Source of the DNA: the human T2T-CHM13v2.0 reference genome, Homo sapiens
Assembly (NCBI RefSeq): GCF_009914755.1
Contig: NC_060939.1
DNA: 64,000 nucleotides
Reading direction: 5' to 3' (one strand)
The first letter of the stretch is position 1. The number at the start of each line of letters is the position of its first letter. Of the stretch, positions 16,394 to 31,162 are shown one piece after another. Below the pieces are notes generated by a model. The model was given only the letters and a program-made list of their open reading frames with translations, was not told where the DNA came from and did not search any database. A program made the translations under genes and the position numbers.

Positions 16394-16974
16394 CTAAAAT
16401 GTCAGAAAAAAATGGAGATAAAGCACTGTGTACAATATAAAATAGAAACTTTTGAGTGTCCATATTATTAAAAGTATAAAGAGGTATGGATATCAGACAA
16501 TGAAACAACATATTTTTACATAAGTACTCCTAACCCCTCTGCATACATTTTACTGCTTCAGGGGGCAGGGGTCTGTTGCTGAGCCACGGATTTTAGCCCG
16601 AAATATCTACATCACCAGAAATCTGTTAGAAATGCCAATTTCTGAGTTCCCCTGAGCAATTCCGATTCATAAAGCCTGGGATAGTGGCCACACAGAGCAC
16701 ATCTTGGATACCTCAGTGACACCCACAGTCTCTAGGCTGACTAGAATCCTGGAAGACTACCAAGGAAATATAAAGTTTTCTAAATCATTATCCATCCCTT
16801 AATTAGCGCAGAAGATTCTTAAGTATTTGTTTCTACAGAAAAGAAAAATCCTTCCAAATAGCATTATGAATAGAAATGAACTCATTTCTATTCATAACGT
16901 CTACTCATAGAGTCTCGCTCTTTGCAACAAGGCTAGACTCCATCTCATAGAAAAAAAAAAAAAAAAGAAAGAAA

Positions 16975-17490
16975 AGACAGTCTCACTCTGTTGCCCAGGC
17001 TGGAGTGCAGTGGCACAATCTCAGCTCACTGCAATCTCCAGCTCCCAGGTTCAAGCGATTTCTCCTGCCTCAGCCACCCTAATAGCTGGGATTACAGGTG
17101 CCCGTCACCACGCCCCACTAATATTTGTATTTTTAGTAGAGACAGGGTTTCACCATGTTGGCCAGGCTGTTCTCGAACCCCTGACCTCAAGTCATCCTCC
17201 TGCCTCGGCTTCCCAAAGTGCTGGGATTACAGGTGTGAGCCACCGCGCCCCACCGAGAACCATATACTTCCTACTTTTTTTTTTTTTTTTTTTTTAAAGA
17301 CAAGGTCTCAATCAATTGCCCAGGCTGGAGTGTAGTGTGGCCCGAGCATAGCCCACTGCAGCTTTGACTCCCTGGACTCAAGTGATTATCCCGCCTCAGC
17401 CTCCTGAGCAGCTGGGACTACAGGTGCGTGCCGCCACTCCCGGCTATTTTTTTTTTTTTTAAATAGAGACAGGGTCTTCCTGTGTGGCCC
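16975..17490 (-). mobile_element. Two adjacent Alus in SELENOS intron 2
   Basis: Antisense Alu bodies at about 16975-17250 and 17275-17490. Confidence 0.88.
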
Positions 17491-17572
17491 CTCTTACTTT
17501 TACTAAGAGACTAACTCTTAATATAAAGGAGGTGCAAAACCACCGCTTTCATTTCGGTTATCAGGCACTAAC

Positions 17573-17707
17573 CCACAGCAGCCGCAGCTCGGTCCAGCTG
17601 CCTCTGCCTCAAGGCTCTTAGCCGGGCGGAAAGCTTCTGAAAGACCACGTAGAGAAGGATGCAGCTGAAGACGATGTACCAGCCATAGGTGGCCAGCAGG
17701 GAGCCCA
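17573..17707 (-). CDS. SELENOS: Selenoprotein S exon 2, transmembrane segment ([45 protein letters not shown])
   Basis: Acceptor TTTTCTTTTCAG|, donor G|GTTAGT; 135 nt keeps frame. Confidence 0.96.
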
Positions 17708-18373
17708 CTGAAAAGAAAAACAGTTTTCAAAAAACTAAAAATGACACTACTAGTTGACCTTTCCATAAGACTCAACAAACACAAAGTGTAACTCCTGCCC
17801 TCAAAGCCTTCATGGTCTAGGCTGAGGAAAAAGCCTCCTAAGTAGATCGTTAAAACACGAACTCAAGAAGTGCGACAATTCAGGGATCACTGAGAAGTGA
17901 GACTTCCCAACCATCTGGGGAGTCGGGGGCAGTTAGAGTGTGGAGGGCACAGCAACTGGGTTTTGAAGAATGAAGAGCAACTAATCTGAATCAGGAAGGC
18001 AAAGGCCTTTCAGAGCCACATAGAAAGGGGTGACAGCGCGGGGAGTCAGGAGTGTGTATGGGGCTGTGTGGGACGGGTCCCAGAGGCAAACGCCAACGGC
18101 CGAGTGACCCCAGTAACTACCACAGGAAGGGCTTGGTTCGCAAAAAAGACTTGCGCAAACAAGGGACAGCCGAGCCGCCCAGGGAAGTGCGGCTCCCGAG
18201 AAGCCTCCGCGCAAGGTCCGGGCCTGCTGCCCAAGGTCCGCGTAAGCGCCAACGCCCGACCGTTCCCAGGCCTCCCAGGCTCCGGCGCCCGGTGCAGCGG
18301 CGGACGACCCACCCATCATGGCTGCGCGTCGCAAAAGTGGCGGCGCGCGCCCGGCTGCCCCGCAACGACTCAC

Positions 18374-18449
18374 CCGTGGTGTGCAGGAAGCGCAGCCCCT
18401 CGGTCTCCAGGGCCGGCCGCGCGGACAGAGACTCCTCTTGGCGTTCCAT
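18374..18449 (-). CDS. SELENOS: Selenoprotein S coding exon 1 (MERQEESLSARPALETEGLRFLHTT)
   Basis: ATG at 18449 inside a CpG island; translation matches the human SELENOS N-terminus; donor G|GTGAGT; 76 nt, phase 1. Confidence 0.97.
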
Positions 18450-18545
18450 GACCGCCGCCGCCGCCGCCGCCCAGCCCTGCCGCCGCGCCTCCAGCCGGGC
18501 GCTTCCGGTGCGCTCCTACGCACACGTGGCGCGCCCGGACGCGGT

Positions 18546-18562
18546 CGTGGTCCCGGCCAATC
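18546..18562 (-). promoter_or_regulatory. SELENOS: CCAAT/CCACG (ERSE-like) motif GATTGGCCGGGACCACG containing position -105 (G in this sequence)
   Basis: 18449+105 = 18554, a G on the minus strand; a G>A change there would create TGGCCA. Confidence 0.6.
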
Positions 18563-18617
18563 GCAGGCCGACCCCGCCCCGTCGCTGGGCCAAACGCAGG
18601 GGGGCGTGGCCGAGGGG

Positions 18618-18636
18618 CGTGGCGGGGGAGAAATCC
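18618..18636 (-). promoter_or_regulatory. SELENOS: ER-stress response element-like motif GGATTTCTCCCCCGCCACG overlapping an NF-kB-like GGGATTTCTCC
   Basis: 5-mer-N9-CCACG spacing as in ERSE (CCAAT-N9-CCACG); SELENOS is an established ER-stress-inducible gene. Confidence 0.65.
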
Positions 18637-19389
18637 CGGCTACGCTCGCCGGGGCCGGGACAGCGCGTGTGGGAACGTTCTGTGCTATCTCTTGGCTTGA
18701 GTCGGGGGTGGAGGACGGACCTCGTTCACGGATTTCTTACCGAATTTCTACTTTCTTTTTTTTTTCTAATTGGACACTGAAGCCAAGGAAGTCAGTGGTC
18801 GCCCGGAAGCAGGATTTGCACCCACATCCTTGCCCGGGGCACATTGGACAACAGGGCTCAGTTGGTTGACGACTCCCAGCATTTGAGGGTTGCAGCCAAC
18901 GTCCACCCCAAGTGAAGACACGAAATGTGAGCAGCCTCCTGCTCCTGCTGCTGGTGATACCTTTCAGGCCAAGAAAGTCCCCACCGATCCTCAAGGTTCT
19001 TTCTCCAAAATCAAAGCCTTTTAGGAAAGAACGATCATAGTAACTGCTCTAACCTGTGTTGAATTATACTGTATCACCACAAGACACGATCACAGAGTTA
19101 CTTATAATAGTGTCCTGGCTGTGTTCCTCTGCCTGCAACGCCGTCCCGCACCCTCTTCCACCACTCAAACGTCACCACCTTTATGGTGACCATAACCATC
19201 CTATTTGAAATGTGACCTTGGGTTTTTCTGGAGCATTTGAAGTGCACATACCTAGCTGTGTTTCAAAAGAAGGGTTGGGAATTGGGAATAGAACTGAAAA
19301 AATAATGAATAGGTGACAACATCCGAGTGCTGCGTCACCACTGTCGCCAGGAGCAGTGTGGGGAAGGCAAACCATGACATGAAGCGTGA

Positions 19390-19524
<135 letters not shown>

Positions 19525-20138
19525 TGAGCCATAGCAAAGAGAAGCCTGAAAGCTCTTCTTCCCTGTTGGCCACCTTGAAAATGGACTCCTCAGATGAACC
19601 GAGGACTCTGGATGTTATCCATAAAGGCTGTGAAGATAGCTTATCGATTTAATGAGGAATTTTAGGAGGGAGAATTTCCTTCTTCATGTTTGCCTTTCCG
19701 TTGTAAAAGGTGATGAACCATCACCACTCTTTGCTTTGCTACAGATGATTTCTCACTTGCTCTGGCATCTTGCAGGAACATTTATGTGCTAAATTGAATG
19801 ACTTCTATGGAATTAGTTGCAATTCTCAGTCCCAGATTAGCTTTAAATCCGCCTTACATCTAAATACTGATAAACTAGACAGGATGAGCAGGGTTGCCTC
19901 AACTATTTTGTTAGGCTGTGAAGGACATTAGGTATACCGTACTGGGGTCATAGTTCATGGAAAAAAATGGTTAGGGCCTCACTTTTCTCTCAGGAAACTC
20001 ATACCAAAACAGTTTCAATCAATGCTTGGGAGCAGTTTTATTTTTATACAGTAACTTAACAGGATGGTTTAACACAAGAGTTCCCCATCTTGACAAGGTG
20101 TCAGATGAAGACTTGAGAGCTTCAAGAATGTTGCAGTG

Positions 20139-20589
<451 letters not shown>

Positions 20590-21607
20590 TTAGTTATGGA
20601 AGAAGATCCTAAATTGCAAAGATTTGTTGTTGCCGGCTTTCAATCCATGTCAATGAATTAAAGTCAACGTGCACAGTATAAAAATGCCAAAATGTTGCAT
20701 CTGATTAAATGAAGGGAACGTTTGCTTTATTTGCCTTGTTTAGCTACCTTATCCTGTAATGTCTGTAATCACAAAGATGGAATAAATTGTAACATTTTAG
20801 GTTCTATCATTAAAAAAAGGCAACAATCCTTTTCACTCAGGACTTTGCGATATAAAATGGAAACCAGTATTAACTCATGAAAATAATGCACATTCTAAGC
20901 ATATAGAAAACCAAAGTATCCTTGTAAACTATTGTGAACTATTGTATACATATATACATATAATGCATATATTCCACTAAAATCTAATAGATATTATTTG
21001 AATGCATGGATGATGGCTTTTCAGTTCCTAGCACATTGATCTTATGGTCCTATTGATAGAAGTTACTCATCCTAGCCAGGAATTTGTTACCTTTGTCCCT
21101 TTAATCAGGTGTTATAACCTCACCTGGCTTGGCTTGTCTAGAACTGGAAAGGTATTTCAACAAACACTTTGCTCAATGTAATTGCTCAGGTATTATTTGC
21201 AAAAAGAGGACAAAGGTGGACAGTAACCAGGGCTGCCACCTATCACTGACTGTTGTAGGCTAAATGATTGGCCGAGGCTGAAAGAGTGGCCCTAATTTGT
21301 CACTCCTTCTCACAGCCATATCCTTGCTATGGCAAGGTCAAAGGAGTATATTTCCCCATCATCCTTTGACTTTGTACTTGGCGAGGTGGCTTGCTTTGGT
21401 TAATATCAAGTGGGCAGAAATAAGTGTGTCAGTTTTGAGTGTAGGTAGGCCTTAAGAAGCTCCTAGTGTTTATTTCTTGTGCCTTTGCCGGGTGAGCTGG
21501 CTTATCTGAGACCTGTAAAGAAACCAAGCCACCCCAGTTAATCCAGACCTACAGTGATAAGCAGAGCCAACTACATAATAGTGTTGTTGATTAAAACCCC
21601 TGAGTTT

Positions 21608-22010
<403 letters not shown>

Positions 22011-22563
22011 TTAAGACTGTCGTGGCTAAGGGGGATCAGAGAGATGGCAATGAAACAGTAGTGTTCTTCAAATATGAGTAACTTACGCCCCTTTCAACAA
22101 ATGTTCTTGTAGACTCTCCATATGACCTTTATGTTAACTATGTACATATATAAAACTAAAGGCTGGGTATGGTGGCTCAGGCCTGTACTCCCTTGGGAGG
22201 CCAAGGCGGGAGGATCACTTGAAGCCAGAGTTGGAGACCAGCCTGGGGGCGGGGGAGAAAAAAACAAAAAACATAGCCAGGTTTGGTGGGACACACCAAT
22301 CAATTTCAAAAATGGAATCATTTCAGTTGTCCTATCAGAAGCCGGAGCGACAGGTAAGTCTGCACTAACAGAAGGGCTATGTGGGAGTGGAAAAGGCGGC
22401 CTTCCTGGCATGTGTCATGACACTGCAGGAGCCAGACGCTAATCCAGCCCAGGAAGCCTACCGAGAAAACGCTGCCCTCCTGCATTTCCAATTTCAACGT
22501 GTCCTTAGACCTCACTGCAAATGCACCATGATGACACACAACTTGGTAGCATAGTGAGTGGAG

Positions 22564-22569
22564 TTTATT
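22564..22569 (-). terminator. SNRPA1: SNRPA1 poly(A) signal AATAAA
   Basis: TTTATT on +, about 190 nt after the stop codon. Confidence 0.8.
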
Positions 22570-22756
22570 TTTATAATTTGTAGAAAATTGACATTTAGAT
22601 TTCAAAACTTATATTACAAAATTATCAGCAGCAGTCTTAAGCATTTCAACAATGCTGATAGATTCCACTTTGCTAACACAAACAAGGCTATTATACCATG
22701 TTCGAAAAGCAAGACTTGTTCCAAGAGGGCCTATTATTATACATCTGCCTCACTGC

Positions 22757-22815
22757 TCAGGACCCGTTTGTGACTGTGTCTTCTTCCATCTCTTCTTCAC
22801 CATCATCAGTGGGCC
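22757..22815 (-). CDS. SNRPA1: U2A' exon 9 (GPTDDGEEEMEEDTVTNGS-stop)
   Basis: Acceptor TTTAG|; TGA at 22757-22759; total CDS 768 nt = 255 aa + stop. Confidence 0.96.
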
Positions 22816-23299
22816 CTAAAGAAAACCACCAAAGCAAAAGTAGTATCAATTTTAGAGAATCCATTCCCTTAGCATGCAAGTGTTTGTTCTGTGGCCACTG
22901 TTTGTTACACACTGAAGTAGGTACAAAAAGATCAAAAGCAGCACCTGCCTTTGAGGAGCTTATCGTCCAGGGACGGTCTAGTCTGTCTTTGGCAGGTACT
23001 GGAAGGGATGCTCAATTTCAAAGGAAAAGGGTCACAAAGATTTCAAAATTGTTGCCTCCCATTGTAGTTGATAATAATTCATTTTTGGTGAAGGTAAAGC
23101 CTATACTCATGTGCTTTTCATGGCACTACCGTAGGCAAAGAAACCGGAAATACTCAAAAACATCTGGGCACCTACTACATGCCATATACTGGCAACAGTT
23201 CAATGACTTTATTGTCTCTAAATTAGGGAAATATGCCAACAACTACCAAAAAATGTTACATTTGTTCAACAATTTATGGCAGGTATTTTGCTCAATGTA

Positions 23300-23860
23300 T
23301 TCCAGGGGGAAAAAAAAGTTGTAACTCCTTCAATTGTTTGGGAAACAATTGTTATTGTTGACTTAATGTCTGACTTAACATCAGTCAGCTGAATTATTGT
23401 ATTGGTTTCATCATTCCATCCTGTGCAATACGGCATTTTGATTGACGGGCATGAAGAAAATCTGGCCACACAGGCACACAGTTAGAAAAGGGAGGAAGAT
23501 TTTAACAGCCTGTGCAGATAATGGTGGATGCTCTTTTTAGATACTATGCTAAAACTTGACAAATGGTAGCTTCCTCAAGGTTAGATGGCAGTGTAAAAGT
23601 CTGAAACCTTATCAATGAACTTTTCATACTCTTACTTGGTTTATCTTGTACTTTGAACAAATCTTTTACCCGTACATGATTTCGTATCATTTGGAAAACT
23701 GTGGTTCACCGACTTTTGCAGATCTTCCAAACGTTGAGCCATGTAATTACACATCAAAAATGTCACACCCATTAATTCACATGCACATAACATTACTATT
23801 GAGTTCCCCAGAAAAGTCTTAAAGTACTGGGAAGCTGGCAGGTTACGGCAGTGGATACAA
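23300..23860. mobile_element. Charlie1-like hAT DNA transposon fragments
   Basis: AAAACTTGACAAATGGTAG...TCTGAAACCTTATCAATGAACTTTTCATACTC motif. Confidence 0.5.
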
Positions 23861-24299
23861 GTTTTCTAAATTTTAATTTTTGCTTTAAACCTTGAATTTT
23901 CAATTGTTTTCCCTGAAGTGACAGGCTCACTTCATCATGTTTGAGAAGACAGGTAGCTGCCTCTCAACTGAAACAACTGCACCAGTGCATGGAGATAACC
24001 ACCTAACTCAAGAATGCAGACATGTGCACCCCCTTTCTGTCACCCAGAATATCAAAGAGACGTGTGCCCGAGGAGTGATATTTAATTATCTTTACTGCTG
24101 CATCCAGGACACTCTTAAGTGAAACTGGTATGCACGCTACTGGGAGTGCAGAGCAGGGAAGAATTTAACAGCTATTATTTAGGCTGCTGCCTTGACTCCT
24201 ACTGAGGTGCCCGCAGTTCTACCCACTATTGCTCCATCAGTGCAAATGTTCATACTAAAGCAAGTAACACCTTGGTGTTATTAGATGAAAACAGTCTTC

Positions 24300-25020
<721 letters not shown>

Positions 25021-25497
25021 TTATTTCCCTAGGAAACTTCCCCAAGACGGCAGTCTGAGTGGCTGTCCCCAGTTACATTCATATCAAAACTTGTAAGATG
25101 TATTTCAGTACTTTTTATCTTATATCCCTAGTGCCCCACATGCAGCCTAGCATAAAGCAGGCATTCAGATGTCAGAACAGTTACCACTTATCAAAAACTC
25201 GCTAATGTTGAGCCTTGTGCTGTGTTCAGTCTCTCAGCCTCTCGGCAACCTTTTGAGGTTTGCTACTATTGTTATCTCAGATTTAAAGATGAGGAAAGAC
25301 TTGAAGAAACTTGTCCAAAGGCAGAGCTGGTGAAGCTGAGATTTGGGCCTCGGACTGCTTGGCTCTAGAGCCTGTGTTCCTAACTACTGAGGTATCATGC
25401 ACACACGCAAATATATATAGGTAAAAGTCCACATGGCTATCGCTAGTGTTCGGTGCACTCCATGGCTGAAGTAATTCTAGCTTCAACTTTTACATAA

Positions 25498-25895
<398 letters not shown>

Positions 25896-26002
25896 TAAGG
25901 AGGCACTACTCTGGCATTCCAGAGTCATGGCATCTAAATGGTTGTGAGTTACACTCTGAGTGTAACATTAATTTGAACATACAAAGAACACCATTTGTTC
26001 AC

Positions 26003-26096
26003 CTGATCTGCGTTCTCTGCCAGGGATCTGACCAGACTGCAGCAACCCCTTCAGCCTCTCCACTTCAGCCAGAGTTGAAGCATTTGCTATGGCATT
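26003..26096 (-). CDS. SNRPA1: U2A' exon 8 (NAIANASTLAEVERLKGLLQSGQIPGRERRS)
   Basis: Acceptor CTCCAG|, donor CAG|GTGAAC; 94 nt. Confidence 0.95.
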
Positions 26097-26761
26097 CTGG
26101 AGGACAGAGGGCAATGGAGATGGATGATTAACTTCAACCAAGTATCAGCTACCCAGAAAACTAAGTGTCAATCACCTACAGAAATTCACAGCAACTTCTC
26201 CATCAGGAACATTAAATACTTTGGTGTAGGGGGAAGAATGTTATTGGCCCACAAAAATAAAACTAGAAGCCAAACCACAAATTTCTAAAATTGGTGAAGA
26301 GATGCAGGCCTTCTTATAAATAATCACTCCACATGTTCTAAAATCGTAGCTAAGTGAAGTAACTATTTGCAATTATGTTACTGAATAATTTAAGGAGGCA
26401 ATATTATAAAACGAGGGTCCCTACTGATCAGTCAAAAGGATTTGCCAGACAGCAAATCTTCGAAAGTAAAAATTAAGGCAAACACTGAGACAGCATACCA
26501 AGGTAAGTAACTGTTCGAAGTGATAAATGCACCTTGGAAAATGAGAAAGACAAAGCTGCCTCCACATTAATTAGCTTGTGTAATTTCAAGTCTGATCAAA
26601 TAATAACTTTATGCTAGTTTTTCCTTAAACAGAAATATTGCTGTATGCTAATAACTGTGGGAAAATGAAATCTGCAATGTTCGGAACATGTTTATTATCC
26701 AGCTTTGTGTTCTGAACCCATCTTAGCTCATTCCAGTCCAAGAATCCTAACACATGATTAC

Positions 26762-26837
26762 CTTGATTGCTTCTACATCCCCTGGAGATGGCCCACCTTT
26801 CTTTTTGTCAGTTGGCAAACCAGCACCTGGATTAAAA
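26762..26837 (-). CDS. SNRPA1: U2A' exon 7 (TFNPGAGLPTDKKKGGPSPGDVEAIK)
   Basis: Acceptor CTTAAG|, donor AAG|GTAATC; 76 nt. Confidence 0.95.
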
Positions 26838-27249
26838 CTTAAGAGGGGGAAGAACATAACTGTTAGACCTAGACCAACAGAAGTTGCTTCTCTTTTACTT
26901 TCAAAAGCTTTTGAAAGTAATTCAACCAGTGTAGTATCTTATCTTTGTTAACAAACTGATACAAGAACTCTCTCCTTCAGAAACACCATCCAGTTCATCT
27001 TCCTATATAGAAAATAGGATGTACATGGTATCACATGAAGACTGACTACTGAAATATTTGCTCTGCTAAGCTGGTAGAAATTTCTTGTGATGTGTGGACC
27101 ATTGATGTACATGGACTATAAGCACTCAAATTTAATACCACATTAATATGTCAGAGTTTTTGGTTAATTTTGTAGGAGACGAACTGCCAGACAGATCAGA
27201 TCATGTTTCTGAAGGTGAAGTAGAGTTAAGTTGGATATCCGTGTCTTAC

Positions 27250-27329
27250 GTTTTGCTTCTCCTGGCAATATCCTTTGCAAGCTGTGCACCCCGTTTGCCC
27301 TTGAACATTTTCTCTGCTTCCTGACGCTC
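27250..27329 (-). CDS. SNRPA1: U2A' exon 6 (ERQEAEKMFKGKRGAQLAKDIARRSK)
   Basis: Acceptor GCTGTAG|, donor AC|GTAAGA; 80 nt. Confidence 0.95.
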
Positions 27330-27943
27330 CTACAGCGACACCACACACAGAGTTAATGGAAATAGGAATACCACATGCATTTAGATGCATTCCTCAGAAG
27401 ACATGGAAGCGAACTCTCCTACAGTACTCCGGGCTGGTGAAAATACCAAAAAGCAATTTCAAATTAAGAGAAGACACAGTGGTCTTCTTTCTTTGGTAGA
27501 GCTCCCTGAAGAAAGTTCATTCTCCTAGCTCCAAGGAGGGGATCCCAGGGAACTAAGAAGGCAATTAAATGAATAATAAAATAATGAATTCCTAATAAAG
27601 GGAAAAATCATCCTAACACACGGAGCTGCACGAAAGTAGGTTACATTAAGTTCTCCGCTGGGAACGTATCTAGGCAGACAATCCACTGTTAAGACTGCTC
27701 ACCGTGGCCTCAGCACTTTGCGAACTTCGGAATAGCCAGCATTACATAAAAGAGCTCCAACTTAAAAGTTCTATCATAAACTCTGCTATTAGAAAAAAAT
27801 GTGATGTAACATTTTCCCTCCCACTTTTATTACAAACTAATGGTAAAATTTACTCATTTAGACAATTTTAATAATCAGTAACAAAAATATAAAGAAAAAC
27901 ACACAACTCTATAATGGCTCACAAGCAACAGATTACTACTTAC

Positions 27944-28046
27944 TTTTAGTTTCACTTTCTGGAAATCCAGTACTCTGACTTGCGGAACTTTATAAATCAC
28001 ATACAATCTGTAATGCTTCTTATTGGTTACCGGATTTCTTAGGATA
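27944..28046 (-). CDS. SNRPA1: U2A' exon 5, LRR cap (SILRNPVTNKKHYRLYVIYKVPQVRVLDFQKVKLK)
   Basis: Acceptor TTGTAG|, donor AAA|GTAAGT; 103 nt. Confidence 0.96.
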
Positions 28047-28221
28047 CTACAAGAAAAGGAATGACACAATGGCAAACTTGTTCATGGCACAGCACTCAAG
28101 AGGTCTGTTTGAATAGTCTAAGGAACCTATAAATCAAGGGAACATTCACATTCTTCACATTGCAACATTGTAACAATTTAACATTAAGGAAATATATTCA
28201 ATCTTTCTTTGTAAAAGGCAC

Positions 28222-28605
28222 TTTTTTTTTAAATTATACTTTTAAGTTCTAGGGTACATGTGCACAACTTGCAGGTTTGTTACATATGTATACATGTGCC
28301 ATGTTGGTGGGCTGCACCCATTAACTTGTCATTTACATTAGGTATATCTCCTAATGCTTTCCCTCCCCCCTTTCCCCACCCCACAACAGGCCCCGGTGTG
28401 TGATGTTCCCCTTCCTGTGTCCAAGTGTTCTCATTGTTCAATTCTCACCTACGAGTGAGAACATGGGGTGTTTGGTTTTTTGTCCTTGCGATAGTTTGCT
28501 GAGAATGATGGTTTCCAGCTTCATCCATGTCCCTACAGAGGACATGAACTCATCCTTTTTTATGGCTGCATAGTATTCCATGGTGCATACGTGCCACATT
28601 TTTTA
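28222..28605 (-). mobile_element. Primate L1PA 3' end, 5'-truncated, in SNRPA1 intron 4
   Basis: TTATACTTTTAAGTTCTAGGGTACATGTGCACAAC...CATGAACTCATCCTTTTTTATGGCTGCATAGTATTCC. Confidence 0.9.
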
Positions 28606-28691
28606 ATTATCTGATTACATTAAGGTCAAGGCTGGTAAAAGTAATGTTATTTTAAAGGGCTTCATTTTGTCACAATATGTAATTCTCATAC

Positions 28692-28738
28692 CTTAGGTAA
28701 GTCAGCGATTTGAGAGATGCCAGAGGGTCCAGATCACC
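28692..28738 (-). CDS. SNRPA1: U2A' exon 4 (GDLDPLASLKSLTYL)
   Basis: Acceptor TTGACAG|, donor AG|GTATGA; 47 nt. Confidence 0.95.
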
Positions 28739-29236
28739 CTGTCAAGCAATAGCCACAGGTAAGAACGCGAATACCACACGCTATTTTGAGATTCTGAAAT
28801 GGAGAGTGCTTTTGAAGCAAGTTGTCTTTTCATTATTTACTGAATTTTTACTCTCTAGCAACAAGCCCAATACTAGCACATCACAAATGTTTAAATAATT
28901 TCTACCGATGAATACATGGGAGCTTCTTAAAATCTTGGCATTAACAGCTTCTGTCTCAATAGCAGGAGATAAGAAATTGCTTTCCTACAGGAATCTCAAA
29001 GTGGCTGCTGAGCCATGATTTGGAAAAGAAAACAATGGCAAAGCTGATGGGACTCTGGAGCAACCTATTCACACTGGGAACTGCAAGCCAGAATCTTGGT
29101 GTAAGTGGGCTTTCCTGCTAGCGCCAGCTTCAGCGTCTAAGAACAACAAAGGTATACTGTCTTTTGAAAGAAGGTACATTTATCCTAGCTGCCCCTGAAA
29201 ATCTCTTTAAATAAAATTTGCAGGGACAAGGAATAG

Positions 29237-29580
<344 letters not shown>

Positions 29581-30684
29581 GGGCAGGGTGAATTTTTAAT
29601 CTTCTCCAATTGTTCCATAAAACATAGTGCAATAAGGATAGCAAAAAAACAAAAACCTATGGTTACCAGCTACAACCAAGCTAGATGGCAAGGCATTCTG
29701 CAGTAACTCTAAAATAGGAACAAGTAGAGACAACCCATGTTGAGAGCAACACGGCTTGCAGGGTGACGGCCTTTGTACAGGAAGAAGCAGAGGGGAGGCG
29801 AGGAGCCGTCTTACAAACTGGAGAACTCCAGTGACTGAGAAAAGCAGGCCCAAGACCAGCATGTTCCAATAATGACTACAGGGGTCTGTGATAAGGGCTG
29901 CAGGGGCAAGAGCAATTGGGGCCCTCACTCTTAATAGAAATCATGTCCCAACACGGCCCTGCCCTGAAGAGAAACTGCTGGAACAGGCGCAAATTGGGTA
30001 GATGGTGGGGAAGGGGTGTGTGTGTGCAAGAGGCACAATGAGAAAAAAAAGTACAGATAAAAACAGGGAGAGCAGAGCCAGAAATTCTCAAAAAGCAAGC
30101 TGCCATCTTCAAATATGTCACAAAAACCACCAGAGGGAGCTCTAGAGCTTGATACTGTTTTACCCCCACTGAAGATGATCCAAAAAGGAATAAAGAACAA
30201 AGTGGTAACATTTGTTACATACACAGTGTAAAACGTAATGGCGATGTAGTGATGGGCTTCAAAAAAGAATAAATATGTAACAACCCGAAGGCTGCTGAAA
30301 TGTTGAAGGTCACTGTACTGTATTGTTTAGCAGGGTAAAGGTGTCAAAGTTTAAAATTAAATGTTGAAGGTCATGGTACAGTGATCTTAACATTTAATTT
30401 TAAACTTTTATAAATATGTGTGTTTTAATTCCTACGATGCTAACTCAAGATTGAAAGAGAGTAATTTCTAAACCATCAGAAGAAAAAATGGAATGACAGA
30501 AGGAGAGCATCTACAATAAAGGAGAGAAAACGGATTGAAGAACGGGTGGGACAGACAGGAAGACCCAGAACAGAGAGAAGACAAACTGGAACACACCAGT
30601 AATTACATTAAATGTAAACAGACTAAATATAAATAATTCACTTAAAAGAGCTTTCAGACTGGATTGTAAAAAATTCCAACCAGA

Positions 30685-31162
<478 letters not shown>

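Larger units (their letters stand above)
18030..18730 (-). promoter_or_regulatory. SELENOS: SELENOS CpG-island promoter and first exon, with GC boxes and a short GGC repeat just before the ATG
   Basis: Very high GC/CpG density; GGGGCGTGGC twice (18601-18623); GCC run at about 18453-18471. Confidence 0.9.

Noticed and set aside
18052-18869. Long plus-strand ORFs (242 and 183 aa) over the SELENOS promoter
   Set aside because: Stop-poor GC-rich CpG island; Arg/Pro/Ala-rich low-information peptides with no recognisable domain
22351-22359. Perfect plus-strand donor CAGGTAAGT near the SNRPA1 3' end
   Set aside because: One such 9-mer is expected by chance in a window this size; no supporting exon structure
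22698-23324. 208-aa plus-strand ORF antisense to the last SNRPA1 exon
   Set aside because: No recognisable domain, promoter or homology; likely chance
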